DNA of 64,000 nt, taken from NCBI RefSeq assembly GCF_032444005.1, contig NC_091291.1, forward strand, positions 30,752,001-30,816,000. The letters run 5' to 3'. Shown piece after piece: positions 47,337 to 57,000 of the stretch (positions within the stretch are counted from its first letter, which is position 1; every line of letters starts with the position of its first letter). The translations under genes were made by a program, and so were the position numbers. Under the pieces are notes generated by a model. It worked only from the letters and a program-made list of their open reading frames with translations. It was not told where the DNA came from and did not search any database. This stretch comes from Ranitomeya imitator (Eukaryota).

Positions 47337-50300
47337 CATTTGCTTTGTTTATTTTTATATTTTTGGAATTTTTTGCGGAGATAGAAGGGTTAATTCCGCC
47401 TCGCCCACGCATCTTGCTAACTGTAAGGGAACCAAGCGAGCGGGCAGATCGCACGGGCTCGGTGCCATCTCCGTGGGACACCGCTCAGCACATGTTTCAG
47501 TGTTTGTCTCGCTGTTTCCAGGGACGAGTATTTCCGTATGAAGCTGCAGTGGAAATCTGTGAGCGACGACCAGGAGAAGAGGAATTCTCTGCTGAGGGGG
47601 TACCGAAGTTTGATCGGTCAGTACAGTACGGGGACAGTTTAAGGCCTGCATGGCATGACCACAGCCGAGCTGGCTGGGGAGGCAGAGTGGCATCACTGGT
47701 GCATTGCAAATTTTTTATAGTTTGGGCAATATTTATTCTTTCCTTTACAGTGACCTTTGCACACGTTCATTAGATGCTTCAACACAAGAGAGAGTCTGTT
47801 CATGGTGACTAATGTGCATGTATTGTTTCCTGAAACAGGAAGTTTAAAGTCCCCCCACAAAAACAGTGGCCGGTGTGAGAAAATCTGATGATTTCTCATT
47901 TTTAATACAAATTATGATATGAAGGGGGGGGGGATGTCAGATATATTAAGCCATTTTCTGATGATACATGTATAAAGCTCCAAACAGGGGTCTTCATCTC
48001 TCTATAGCCCACTCATTGTGGGAAAACAATAGCTGTCAGAGATCACAGATTTCACCAGTGTCCTCATTCTCACGAAGACCTGTCCGAAGATCCTCGGGCC
48101 CCGGATTGAATTTCTTTGCTTTCCTGCAGTAATATATAAGGTCCTACGTGAATAACGTACGGCAGCAGAACTAATAATTGTATCGTCTCGTGATTTCTCA
48201 GAAAGGGACGTCAGCCGCACAGACCGGAACAACAAGTTCTACGAGGGCAATGACAACCCGGGGCTCGGCCTCCTCAACGACGCCTTGATGACGTACTGCA
48301 TGTATAACTTTGATCTGGGTATGTACCGGTGGCCTCCATCTTGTTCTCTAGATCTGGAGTTTGACTTGGTTATAAAGCTACATGGCTGAGAAGTTTTCTG
48401 CCCACTTTAAAGGATCTGTTTACACATTGAGTTAATTTTTTAAGTGCTTAAAGCGTTTATTCCCAGCTTCCGAAATGGGCATTGCCGGATAGAGCTTGAC
48501 AAAACAAGCACTTTTTCAATTTACTGCTTATTAAAATTTGCAGCCGTTCTCGAGATATTAAGACTTTTTTTGTTTTGTTTACAACTCGTTGCCTAGGGGA
48601 CCGACCACCGACGGTCTCCAAGGCAATGAGCTGTAAACAAAAGTGTTGATATCTCAAAAAGGGCTGAAAATTTTAATTAGCAATAAATTGCAAAAGTGCT
48701 TGTTTTATCAAGCTCTATCCGGCAATACCCATTTCTGTAGACGGGAGAAAATAAAATTGCTCTATATACAAAAAAAAATGCATGCACATTCAGCTAAACT
48801 GAGTGCACATGGAGATGAGACTCTAGGTTTCACATTTCTCCCCTACTAAGGAGCATTGGGAGAGAAGTTTTTTGTTTTGTTTTTTTCTGTCCAATGACAG
48901 AATTTGCTGAACTTTAAAGGAATGATTTCTGCTTTTTTTTTTTTCGCCGCTCAGGTTACGTTCAGGGAATGAGCGACCTCCTCTCTCCCATACTTTACGT
49001 CATTCAGAACGAGGTGGACGCCTTCTGGTGTTTCACTGGATTCATGGAGATGGTGGTAAGTTCTGATCCCGGTGAGTAATGTAAGGAGAAGCAGGTTTAA
49101 CCCCTTCAAGACTAGTATGTCCGGGCTCAGAAGCTGTCAGATGCAGGCTGTGTTACACGGCCAGCAGCAGCAACTGGAGCGAAGCCGCAGTCGCTGCTGT
49201 TTAACCACTTAAAAGCAGCTGTCGGGTGCTGGGGAAGTTGTGCCCATCGACTTGCTTGCAACACAATTGTGGGGTGGCAGTCAGGGACCTGTAGTCGGCA
49301 CTCGAAACTGCCTTCTCAGTCTATAGGATTCAGAGGAGTGTGATCAGCTCCCCATAAACCACGAAACGGTGCCCTATGGGGACTAAAAAAAAAAAAAATT
49401 GCAAAATTTATAGATTCAAGTTCAACCTCCTTTCCCCCCATTGTTTGGAAAAGTCCGATCTACCAAAATATTAACCTATATGAAAACACAATAAAGAAGA
49501 AAAAAATTAAACTCCAGAATGGACATTTTTTTATTATTATTTGCAGCACTTGCTTTAAAATTGCAATAAAAAGCTAACAACAAAACATTGTACGTGTCCC
49601 AAAATATTGACGGTTCGCAAAAAAAAAAAAAAAGACAAGTCCTCACACATTTAATTTTTAGATGGACAGAAAAAGTCTATTATCTGCTGCCACCTGGAGG
49701 CTGACACTAGGAATACATCTAATTGAAACATAGCTCCTCCCCTGCAGACTATACCTCACCGGCTAGCATCAGGCTTCCTAAGTTTTAATGAGAAGCACCT
49801 GCTAGCATCAGGCTTCCTAAGTTTTAATGAGAAGGCCAAAGAAGATTATAACATGAACGAAAAAGACTCCAATCACATCTTGAGAGAAAAAGAAAGTAAA
49901 TGGACGTCCGACTGGGCAACCAAGGGTGGGTGCTGTGTCCGCCAATGAAGATGGTGAGTACCAAAAATCTACTTTTCTTGTTTGACTCATTGGAAACTAT
50001 AGGATTTCCTAAAGCTGTCCCTGGGGTGGTAATGAAAACCCAAGTATTAAACTGTTGCTACAGAAGTCTTCCAATCTTGTTCAAGCTGTCGCCTGAGCAA
50101 CTGCTGACTGCATTATGTTCCAGCCAAGACTTGTGTCTGCAGAAGCAAAGGTGTGGACTAGAAACAAAAAATCTGCACCTATGCGCTGCCTTACGTTATT
50201 GCGGAACTGATGCCTGGAGAAGAACGGGCCAGGAAACTCTTTACAGTCCCAGCAAAGTGTTCCCTAACCCTGGATGGAGGAGCACTTGTACCTGCCTTAT

Positions 50301-52971
50301 AATCCTCACTAATGGCTTATCTCATTCACCCTAGAGGCAGACTTACCTTCCGCCAGAGCGTACCGGGACGACCATAAGACACCCGAACAGAGCTCTGAGA
50401 GACAGAGAAGCACAGCTCTGTCTATGTCAGATTGTGAGAGTCTCTCAAGAAGAAGAAAGGTGATGCACCTAAAGAAAGGAGAGCAGTCTTCTTATTAACG
50501 TGAAAAGGTGGAGAATCACGCTAAGGCGAAAGGAAGGAGCCAAATGCCAGACTAAGGAGATAAATAAATAGTCGAAATAGAGGGTTCTCTCTGATCGGCA
50601 AAAGGGGGAAGACCAAATGACAGGACCCACTAGGGATCTCTTAGAACCTGGAGAATAATATGGTGGTCACCCATCCTGGACAAGCAGCCCTGACCCATGG
50701 CCTAAAAGTTAAAGTCTGCCGGACCAGGAAAGCCAAGGTAAGAACCTGGCTTTTGGGAGTCTGTCCTAGCTCAATATAGACATCAAAAATGTAAAAAGGG
50801 TGATCAAGCCATACGAACGCTGCCCATAGATTTTCACCTATGAAACATGCTAATGTACAGAAAAGTGACCCTTATGTCCCTTTTTCCCCAACCTTAAACA
50901 AACTAAGTCCAGGAGGCCCACAGCCTTCCCAACTGCGGACCCGTCAATCCTGCCGGTAAACCTAAATGGTCAAAAAATTGGAAAGAAGAGGACAGCTGGT
51001 GCCTGGATTGAAACCGCAAAATCCTAAGCAGAACCAGTCTTCAAAATATTCAGACCAAGCTTGGGAAAGAGAATCCTGCCCTAATCAAGGAAGACCAAGG
51101 TTCCTCTAGAATGTGAAGAGCCCAGACATCTGCTCTGACCCATCACCTACCAGGGGAAGCTCTAGTCTAGGCAGTAGGCTACTTGGGGGACCCTCAGAGG
51201 CGTAAAATCTCAAAACGCCCAGGGGATCCAGGCAACTTGTCAGATGTCGATAGTCTGAACAACCTGTATTAACACCAAAATGAGACTATGGTAATTTGTC
51301 CAGGGCTCCCATAGGCGATGAAAGGATGGAAGAACTGCCAGCTCTCCCAACCAGGCATCGAGGAATGTAGGTGAAGAGGATTAGGAGGAGGTAGAGACAG
51401 AGGCAGCATGAAGGATAAAATCAAGTGCAACTAGCTGCCTCCAAACGGGAGACCTCAATAGTCACCAAAGGCAAATAAAAATAGTACCGCCCTTCTCAGG
51501 AAGGATCAATCCTGGTGCATCTGATCTGTGGTCTCCTATCAGCAGAAGACTCCTAAGTGAGTATCAGCCACCTGCATCCCATACTGCCAAGGAAAAAACA
51601 TCTGATGTGTGAAGTTACTAACCCCTGTCTCTAGACTTGGAGGAAATGTTCCTACTAAAGGCTGGAATCAAGAGGGAACCTTCATTCTTCAGCGGAAAAG
51701 CCTGAGCAGGGCTACCTTGATTGCTTACGGGAATGCACAGAAGTCCTGCAGCTTCACCATACCGAAAGGTCTTCGTCAACAGGTTTGACCCACCTAAGAC
51801 TAGATCACAGACCTGTTGTTCACCTGAAATACCAAGGAGTCTGAATTAGATGGACTGACTCACCTAGGACGAGGTCAAGGTACCACCGTCCATGTGTGCA
51901 AGCTACCTACCAAGCGGTATCCGCTAGACAGTGACTCATCCTGGATAGTGATCCTGGTGCCAACTGGATTGCCCTCGTGGCCAGCCATAGAAAAAGGTCT
52001 TGCTTGTGGTGTTGGGCTGCTGAGAAAATCAAGTCGCTACAATGCCTATGTAATGGACTGTCTCAGCCTGACTAACTCATCTCTGAAGAAGCATGTGTCC
52101 TAGGAAGTGGACATGCCGTATGGCTCGCTTGTGCGACATGACCTAAAAATGAGAAGACGCCGGTTAAAAGATCAGACTCATTCTGAGTACAGTCAAGTTA
52201 ATTTGTGTGGTCATGTCCTGCCGAGGGACGGATAAATTGACCGCACTGGGAGAGAGCGGATCTGAGATCTGAGAGGCCCAAGGTTGAATACTCCGAGAAA
52301 ATAAAGCCCAAACCACAGGAAGCAGAAAGGACCTCCCAAGAAAATGCTTGCATCTTGGATGGCAAGGAAAGGTGCCTCCATAACTCCTTTTCTTCTCCTG
52401 AGCCATGCCCTCTTCAGAAGCTACCACCCCGAAAAAAGGAATAGGAGGAGGAGGAAAAAAGGACCCACGACAGGGTTATAGTTGCGTGTCCTGAAGCTAC
52501 AGATCCTTTTATCTTCTGCTCCGGCTATGTGGGGTGGCGGCAAGAGCTCGTTGGCTTACAGCCCTCCGCTCCAGTGCCTACACAGACTGTATCAAGGTCC
52601 TTTGATGCGAGGGGATACGGACTGAGCAATTGCAGCCTGTACCCCTTCGCTACGTTGGTGAAACGGATTGCAGTCCGTTAACCTAGGACATCCATCTGAT
52701 ACACAAGAAAGAGAAATGGTTAACGCCTAATCTAGGACCAGCCTGAGTCAGACCTTGCCTCCCGCTGACGCTATACTAAACTTAGGAAGCCTCAGGCTGG
52801 CAGGAGAGGTATAGTCTGCTGGGGAGGAGACAATGAGACGAACGGAAACAAATTAATTGTTTTGTTTTTTGATTTTTCTTTCTTTTACAAATTTACATTT
52901 TTTTTGTTACTTAATTCTAGAAACAAACTTCACAATGTAACTGGCTCAAAGAGTCATGTTGTTGCCAGTTG

Positions 52972-53002
<31 letters not shown>

Positions 53003-54329
53003 CACCATTTCACTTTAAAAAAAAAATAAATAATAATAATGTTTTGCCCCATACTACATTAATTGTTTAAAATGAATGACATTCAAAAGTACAACTCCTT
53101 CCTCCCTCCTTAAACAAAAAAACAAGCCCTCATATGGGTATGTTGCTAGGAGAAAAAAAAAAAGTTTTGGAGAAAAAAAAAAAATAAACGTAAAGCTGGG
53201 AAAAACAATTGCCAGGTCATGAAGAGGTTAAAGTATAGCTGCACAGAGACTTGTCAGAAGACTATAATCGGTGGGACTCTTTTAGCAGTCGGTGGGGTCT
53301 CTGCACCCAGACCAACTCAAAAAGTTTTCTAAAACTTTTTGCGTCCACTTGGAAACTCCAGTGGGCACAAACCTAGGACTGTTCTTTGGTCCTTCATTGG
53401 AGAAGTCTTCTTCATCTGAAACCAGGTGAGGACTTCAGAGCCCATATTACCGGTCTCTTAATTGCCGTGTGCCCATTGATGTCCGTCTAAAGGAATTCTC
53501 CTCCATGTATAAGTGGCGAGTATTTGCTGACAGCGGCTGTTACCGCTCGGTGCGGCCCGTCCTCAGAGAGCGCAGCCGCTTGATCAATGCATTGATTTGT
53601 TTCTCCTGCATCTCAGCACCACAACTTTGAAGAGAGCCAGGAAAGTATGAAGAGACAGCTGTCCCAGCTCAACCTTCTGCTGCGAGTCCTGGACCCGGCG
53701 CTCTGTGATTTCCTGGGTTCGTATTCCAGTCTGTTATATGCACCTATAGCCCCGGGAGGGGATTGAAGACCATTCACAGCAGTACAGGGGTCTAATCAGG
53801 GCAGAATACATTTTCGGGGGTGCGGTGGAGTTCTAGACCTCTTTAGAATGCTTTTGAGGGCTCACAGTCAGGGTTCGATCCCTTGTGAACGCAGTTTTTT
53901 CATGGTCGTGCTCGACTATTTTCATAACTCCCATTGAAGTCAACTGAGATGCAATTGTACAGCTACCTCGACAGTACATCCAGAGGTAGAAATGCAAGAC
54001 ATCATGACAAACTCAACTTTTTATTATTTTTTTTTTTAACCTATCTGCATTTCTGTAGTCATAAGGTTTCCACCACGCACGCACGTACGCACGCACACTT
54101 ATTGAAGTGGCTGTATACCGCCTTGTATGCAGGAGAATTGGTTAATCTTTTAAGAGGCGCTGATATAGAACAACCTGGATGTTTTAATTTTTGTTTTTTT
54201 AACTTTTTATACTGTATGTTTACATTATATAACCTGTTAAATTGAGTCTTATTTGTAGGCTTATTGTTTTTTTTTTTTTTTTTTTCAACGTCCGCTTAAT
54301 AATTATTTTATACTGGCTTATTACACTTT

Positions 54330-54360
<31 letters not shown>

Positions 54361-57000
54361 TATTGTTGTTATTGTTATTATTATTATTCATTATTATTAT
54401 TATTTTTATTTTTTTAAATAATTTCCTACATTCTTTTATTCTGTTGATGGATTACTATTGAATTTCTTTATCTAGTTCGAGAGCATTCCATTTTTCCCCA
54501 TTCCTGATCAGGCACATTAGTTTTATTTTTTGTTTTTTTTTTAATAATTTTTTGTGTAATTTTTTTTTTTTTCCTGTGGACACTCAATTTTTGCATCTTT
54601 TTTTTCATAACATACGGGCCTAACTTTTGATATTTTTATTATTACCTATTTTTATTAATTTTTTTTAATCAAAATACAATTCCTTTAAAGGGTAATTCAA
54701 TATTTTAAATTTCTCTCTCTCTCTCTCTCTAATTATGATTTCCCCTTTAACTTGTATATTAGCTCCCAGTTACAGGGGAAAATCAGCCTCCTGCATGCAT
54801 AGCAAAGCTGACTGGCTGGATCTCCTAGGAACCCACAGCTTATGCTCTCTCCCTACACCCGGTGATCACTCGATCGCTGGGTCCAGAGAAGGAAGAGTTG
54901 TCGATGCTTTCTGTACTGTACATAAAGCACTTGTTCAGCGAGGTGGTACCAAACCTTCTCTGCTGGGAGTCTGGCTGTGTCTGACAGACACCTCCCTTCT
55001 CCCGTTTTACCTTGCAGTGACGTTTTAGAACGTCAGTACAAAGTACAGCGTGGACCAGCCTGACATTTTAAAGTCTTTGTGTGGTCTGGAGGTAGATAAA
55101 TGGATCCGGCATCATATTACTCTGTGGGAACAATGCTTGCACCATTACGGAGTAGATACACCATGATGGCAGTCAACCATCTATCTTGTGCCGCCATATT
55201 CATCACATCACCGTTCCACCAATGATGAAAGTCATGTTTATTTTCAACTTTTTTTTTTAACCTTTTTAGATTCCAAAGAATCTGGAAATCTAAGTTTCTG
55301 TTTCCGATGGCTTCTCATCTGGTTCAAGCGGGAATTCTCCTTTCAGGATATCCTTCTGTTATGGGAGGTGAGCACCAGTGACATGAATACAGTATGTTCT
55401 TAAATGTCTGATAGATGCAGGTCCCACCTCTGTGAGAATAGTGGGGGTCCCACGGCTCCTGGCTGATACATCCTAGAGGGGAATGAATGGAGACGTGGCC
55501 ACACGTTGGGCTCTTCCTTCCCTTCTTAGGAGTAAATGTGCAGTGAATGGAGAAAGCCTCGTCTGTAAATGCCCACCTCTCCATTTATTCACCAGGCTGG
55601 AATGGTGTCAGGGGACCCCAGTTCATGAGATATTTGTGGGTCTTCTGGCACCTGTCCTTGCCTGGATGCAGGTAAGAATGAATGGAGAGGCGACCATGAT
55701 TCTGCAAGGATGATCCTGTAACTCCCATGAATGAAGGGAGAGAACCATGCACCCACCTGGCCGTCTCTCCGCTTGGACACCGTGGTCACGGCATCCCGGC
55801 TCCTTACAGAGGTGCAGCTTTACGAGATGCATCTATAAGACGCTATAAGGAATCTCACTGTCCGAACTGTCGGCAGCAGGAATCAAAGCCTGACTGTGCA
55901 ATTCCAGCCTGGTACGTCTTTCTCTGAAACGCCGCCGAATTTCAGAGAAAGCGTAGTTTGAAGAGCGCCCCTCGGCGCGGCTTCTCCCCGCATCAATCTA
56001 GTTGATTGACAGGTCTCTCCTGATGTACACGCATATGGGATAGACCTGTCAATCAACTGGGGAGAGGCTGGGTCAGAGGATGCGTGTTGACGGGCAGGTC
56101 TCTCGCTATAGTTCCCAGCTGCAATGGCGCAGGCGGCTCTGATCCGTGTTGCCCGTGGGAGGAAACCGGAGTACCCGGAGGAAACCCACGCAACATGGAG
56201 AGAATGTACAAACTCCTTGCAGGTGTTGTCCGTGGTGGGGTTTGAACCCAGGACCCCAGCGCTGCAAGGCTGCAGTGCTAACCATTGCGCCACCGTGCTG
56301 CCCTAGTGACAGATTAATGGCATATCCCCTTAATTCATGTCTTCTCTATGGAGTCTGTTGCTGCGTCACATCGTATACTGGTTGTCCCCCATAGTGATAT
56401 CATTATGATATCTATGGATTTGGTATTGTGGTCCCCTGATGTGATGCTAGCAAGGACCCCCATGACTGCACACACAATGATACCATCTCAGAAGACCCCT
56501 GTCTTGTAAGATGTTATCAGGAAGATGGTTAGTAGCCTGTGTGCGTTATTTTGGCTAGTGAACATTGATATGGAATAAAGGACCCTCGCTATTACCGCGG
56601 TCTTTTAACCCCTCACAGTACAGTATACAGAGCCATGACATGATGTGCGGTCAGTGGTTAGAAAGCCTGTTGTCGGCGTCCGCAGATTATTTTTGTTCAT
56701 CTTTTCCGTCACGATGCGGGAATCGCTCTGAACAGCCTTATGCTTCCCACATATCAGATGTTCGGTGAGAAAATCTACAGACAATTAGTGATGCCAAATT
56801 TCATCCTAGTTCAGATCCTTTAGAATAATAATAATAATAATCATGTACAGGAGACCCTTTTTCCACCGGTTTGTGTTTGCATCCAGGTGCTCTGGACGGG
56901 GTTACTACCGAACTTCCACCTTCTCATCGCGTGTGGCATTCTTGACTTGGAGCGGGAGGCATTAATGAACTCCAACTATGGCTTCAATGAGATCCTTAAA
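18085..57000 (+). CDS. TBC1D17: TBC1 domain family member 17 (Rab GTPase-activating protein), exons 1-15, 3' end not in window; 1656 nt = 552 codons
   Basis: 15 GT-AG exons join into one open frame: MEADAYR|IVLEKHGVFLHTSAK...FDPGYEPDWAVISTV...ELKSVRKSK.GLSW...FSKVTNFFRGAL...EPGFEVI (LIR)...DEYFRMKLQWKSVS...LIERDVSRTDR (R finger)...GYVQGMSDLL (Q finger)...FCFRWLLIWFKREF...FNEILK. The N-terminal sequence and adjacency to AKT1S1 favour TBC1D17 over TBC1D15. Confidence 0.95.
18500..19790. repeat. C-rich composite minisatellite (cgctggcccctctttcccgtccaccaccggt and variants) in TBC1D17 intron 1
   Basis: Recurrent GCTGGCCCCTCTTTCCC core with ~290-350 bp higher-order blocks. Confidence 0.9.
20230..21848 (+). 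mobile_element. Tc1/mariner-superfamily transposon with DD38E catalytic spacing, ~250-bp TIRs, inserted in a (TA)n tract
   Basis: TIRs 20230-20478 and 21599-21848 (tacagaccaaaagtttggacacacc...). The transposase has a paired-like HTH, GRPR, WSDESKF, FQQDDDPKH and SPDLNPIE. Confidence 0.95.
20638..21690 (+). pseudogene. Tc1-like transposase, 350 codons with one in-frame stop (TGA 21070-21072)
   Basis: ORFs 20638..21072 and 21094..21690 share a frame: KEHKE*TLDQWKSVLWSDESKF. The stop replaces a conserved Trp. Confidence 0.93.
21947..22694 (+). mobile_element. Non-autonomous element, probably Helitron/Helentron-like, with internal palindromes
   Basis: Starts ACTAG followed by a subterminal palindrome (acccgttctacgcccgggt); contains short tandem repeats and a 65-bp-arm hairpin at 22348-22535. 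The family assignment is inference. Confidence 0.5.
22836..24790. repeat. AT-rich duplicated and inverted block (large palindrome 23165-24790) interrupted by N gaps
   Basis: 22836-23160 is repeated directly at 23431-23760. 24135-24482 is the reverse complement of 23431-23822, and 24660-24789 is the reverse complement of 23165-23297. Confidence 0.85.
24879..24977 (+). CDS. TBC1D17: TBC1D17 exon 2 (IVLEKHGVFLHTSAKRQNDQDSMIPGVIRLIEQ)
   Basis: ttttccag| ... CAG|GTAAAT, 99 nt. Confidence 0.95.
26010..27158 (+). mobile_element. Non-autonomous Helitron/Helentron-like element with a ~21-23-bp cacgtagtatat subrepeat array and several hairpins
   Basis: ACTAG start plus subterminal palindrome; tandem cacgtagtatat(tg/aa) repeats at 26070-26570; perfect 18-bp stem 26889-26906/26913-26930; ends in (GACA)n at the gap. 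Confidence 0.55.
27535..28236. repeat. 39-bp minisatellite (GCTCCTCCCCTGCAGTATACACCCTCCTGCTGGCTCTCG)n, ~18 copies, inside the DIRS left ITR
   Basis: 39-nt period; one reverse-complement copy in the right ITR at ~33240-33273. Confidence 0.97.
29053..29900 (+). pseudogene. DIRS gag-like ORF remnant (frameshifted)
   Basis: Position upstream of RT; fragments such as KPMKSEYPFAPDLRKDWSQSPLEDPPVSRL and SLPYQSLFGEKLDQLI. Confidence 0.6.
30420..32093 (+). pseudogene. DIRS RT - RNase H - DAM-like methyltransferase, with frameshifts and one stop at 31461-31463
   Basis: SIDTQDAYLHIPI, ALPFGL, PRVFTK, YLDDIL (RT); TDASLLG, INILE, SDNATVVAYINRQGG (RNase H); DVDLMAS, YIFPPL, VILIAPDWPRR (MT). Confidence 0.92.
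32134..32963 (+). pseudogene. DIRS tyrosine recombinase remnant
   Basis: SSLKGQISALS, KAHSTRSVGASWA, AATWSSLHTFTKHY (H-x-x-R...W...Y catalytic set); frameshifted. Confidence 0.9.
33525..33599 (+). CDS. TBC1D17: TBC1D17 exon 3 (TSDVLLQWTPVEEDGETTQIHYSKK)
   Basis: ttcccag| ... AAA|GTAAGC, 75 nt. Confidence 0.93.
33700..33820 (+). CDS. TBC1D17: TBC1D17 exon 4 (ESPGSAACRAEDDMFDPGYEPDWAVISTVGTKVRPQEDLS)
   Basis: tgtccag| ... CGG|GTGGGT, 121 nt; FDPGYEPDWAVISTV conserved. Confidence 0.93.
33854..36105. mobile_element. piggyBac-like non-autonomous element filling intron 4, with a nested Tc1
   Basis: TTAA|CCCTTCATGACC ... AAGGGG|TTAA termini. Confidence 0.6.
34798..36009 (-). mobile_element. Decayed Tc1-like transposon
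   Basis: Minus-strand fragments MLWGGFSSAGAG...FTFQQENNPKHT and RRALIRETAKRPMVTLEELQR; ~130-bp inverted ends (tttattgggattttatgtga / tcacataaaatcccaataaa). Confidence 0.85.
36146..36350 (+). CDS. TBC1D17: TBC1D17 exon 5 (MKSGNRGKWAFLFSLSELKSVRKSKMGLSWSYL...KYVILAV)
   Basis: ttttaacag| ... GT|GTAAGT, 205 nt. Confidence 0.95.
36478..37211. repeat. 22/23-bp minisatellite (CCTCCTCGCCTGGTTGTAGCGT)n then (CCTCCTCGCCTGGTTGCGGCGGC)n
   Basis: Direct periodicity; starts ~130 bp after the exon 5 donor. Confidence 0.97.
38368..41615. repeat. 33/25-bp minisatellite (CCATAGTTCCAGAGGGGGCGTCCCG[CCTTCCCG])n, ~3.25 kb
   Basis: Two interspersed unit lengths differing by the 8-nt CCTTCCCG; higher-order duplication inside. 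Confidence 0.98.
42231..42342 (+). CDS. TBC1D17: TBC1D17 exon 6 (SPKDSRLFLVYPHDTHALSHSFDELQMFDDGSSDLVS)
   Basis: ttttcag| ... TCT|GTGAGT, 112 nt. Confidence 0.95.
42490..42900. mobile_element. Two decayed Tc1/mariner fragments in inverted orientation
   Basis: Minus FFQQDNP.H.. and plus SPHLSPIKHIWD; arms 42490-42605 and 42780-42900 are reverse complements. Confidence 0.7.
43074..43235 (+). CDS. TBC1D17: TBC1D17 exon 7 (RFFQDPYSATFGGFSKVTNFFRGAL...EPGFEVITC)
   Basis: ttctctag| ... TGT|GTGAGT, 162 nt; contains the FEVI LIR-type motif. Confidence 0.96.
43424..43555 (+). CDS. TBC1D17: TBC1D17 exon 8 (QVELGERPVIQRQAAVSEQEWES...KKRIFSG)
   Basis: gtttcag| ... GGG|GTAAGT, 132 nt. Confidence 0.95.
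43759..43862 (+). CDS. TBC1D17: TBC1D17 exon 9 (GLCQGLRKDAWKYVLGYYPWDSTAEDRKSLVRRKT)
   Basis: tttttaag| ... AC|GTAAGC, 104 nt; start of the TBC domain. Confidence 0.95.
43988..45615 (-). mobile_element. Tc1-like transposon with ~250-bp TIRs and TA target duplication, transposase broken by deletions
   Basis: TA|CAACCCCTGGCAAA...TTTGCCAGGGGTTG|TA; minus-strand ORFs ...GRPRKTSKRQDRKL..., IFSDESRICIG..., LMIWGCMSGKG. Confidence 0.93.
46140..46958 (+). mobile_element. Internally deleted Tc1-like element (IR/DR type), right end lost in N gap
   Basis: Direct repeat caaaagtgagtacacccct at ~46151 and ~46291; fragments GYKKIANTL and PTVKHGG.SAMVWGCMSAAG; right TIR begins ~46872. Confidence 0.8.
47522..47616 (+). 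CDS. TBC1D17: TBC1D17 exon 10 (DEYFRMKLQWKSVSDDQEKRNSLLRGYRSLI)
   Basis: gtttccag| ... TCG|GTCAGT, 95 nt. Confidence 0.96.
48202..48318 (+). CDS. TBC1D17: TBC1D17 exon 11 (ERDVSRTDRNNKFYEGNDNPGLGLLNDALMTYCMYNFDL)
   Basis: tttctcag| ... TGG|GTATGT, 117 nt; catalytic IxxDxxR arginine finger. Confidence 0.97.
48955..49055 (+). CDS. TBC1D17: TBC1D17 exon 12 (GYVQGMSDLLSPILYVIQNEVDAFWCFTGFMEMV)
   Basis: cgctcag| ... GTG|GTAAGT, 101 nt; YxQ glutamine finger. Confidence 0.97.
49101..53227. mobile_element. piggyBac-like non-autonomous element in intron 12 hosting a DIRS insertion
   Basis: TTAA|CCCCTTCAAG ... GGTCATGAAGAGG|TTAA. Confidence 0.6.
49680..52830 (-). mobile_element. Old, internally deleted DIRS1-type element on the minus strand
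   Basis: ITR pair gctcctcccctgcagactatacctc...aggcttcctaagttt (49733-49785) vs its reverse complement at ~52778-52830; ICR-like segment 49895-50035; the reverse complement of ~50100-50240 aligns with the YR 3' end of the first DIRS. Confidence 0.8.
53617..53716 (+). CDS. TBC1D17: TBC1D17 exon 13 (HHNFEESQESMKRQLSQLNLLLRVLDPALCDFL)
   Basis: atctcag| ... TGG|GTTCGT, 100 nt. Confidence 0.95.
55270..55367 (+). CDS. TBC1D17: TBC1D17 exon 14 (DSKESGNLSFCFRWLLIWFKREFSFQDILLLWE)
   Basis: ctttttag| ... GAG|GTGAGC, 98 nt. Confidence 0.97.
56155..56303 (-). mobile_element. tRNA-derived V-SINE (HE1/DANA-like), 3' truncated
   Basis: Minus strand GGGCAGCACGGTGGCGCAATGGTTAGC (A box), GGTTCAAACCC (B box), then the V-domain GTGGGTTTCCTCCGGGTACTCCGGTTTCCTCCCAC. 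Confidence 0.88.
56887..57000 (+). CDS. TBC1D17: TBC1D17 exon 15 (VLWTGLLPNFHLLIACGILDLEREALMNSNYGFNEILK)
   Basis: gcatccag| ... AAA|GTAAGT, 114 nt. Confidence 0.96.

Noticed and set aside
47885-47965. Possible box C/D snoRNA (TGATGA ... CTGA)
   Set aside because: Box C lacks the 5' purine, there is no convincing terminal stem, and no antisense element was recognised
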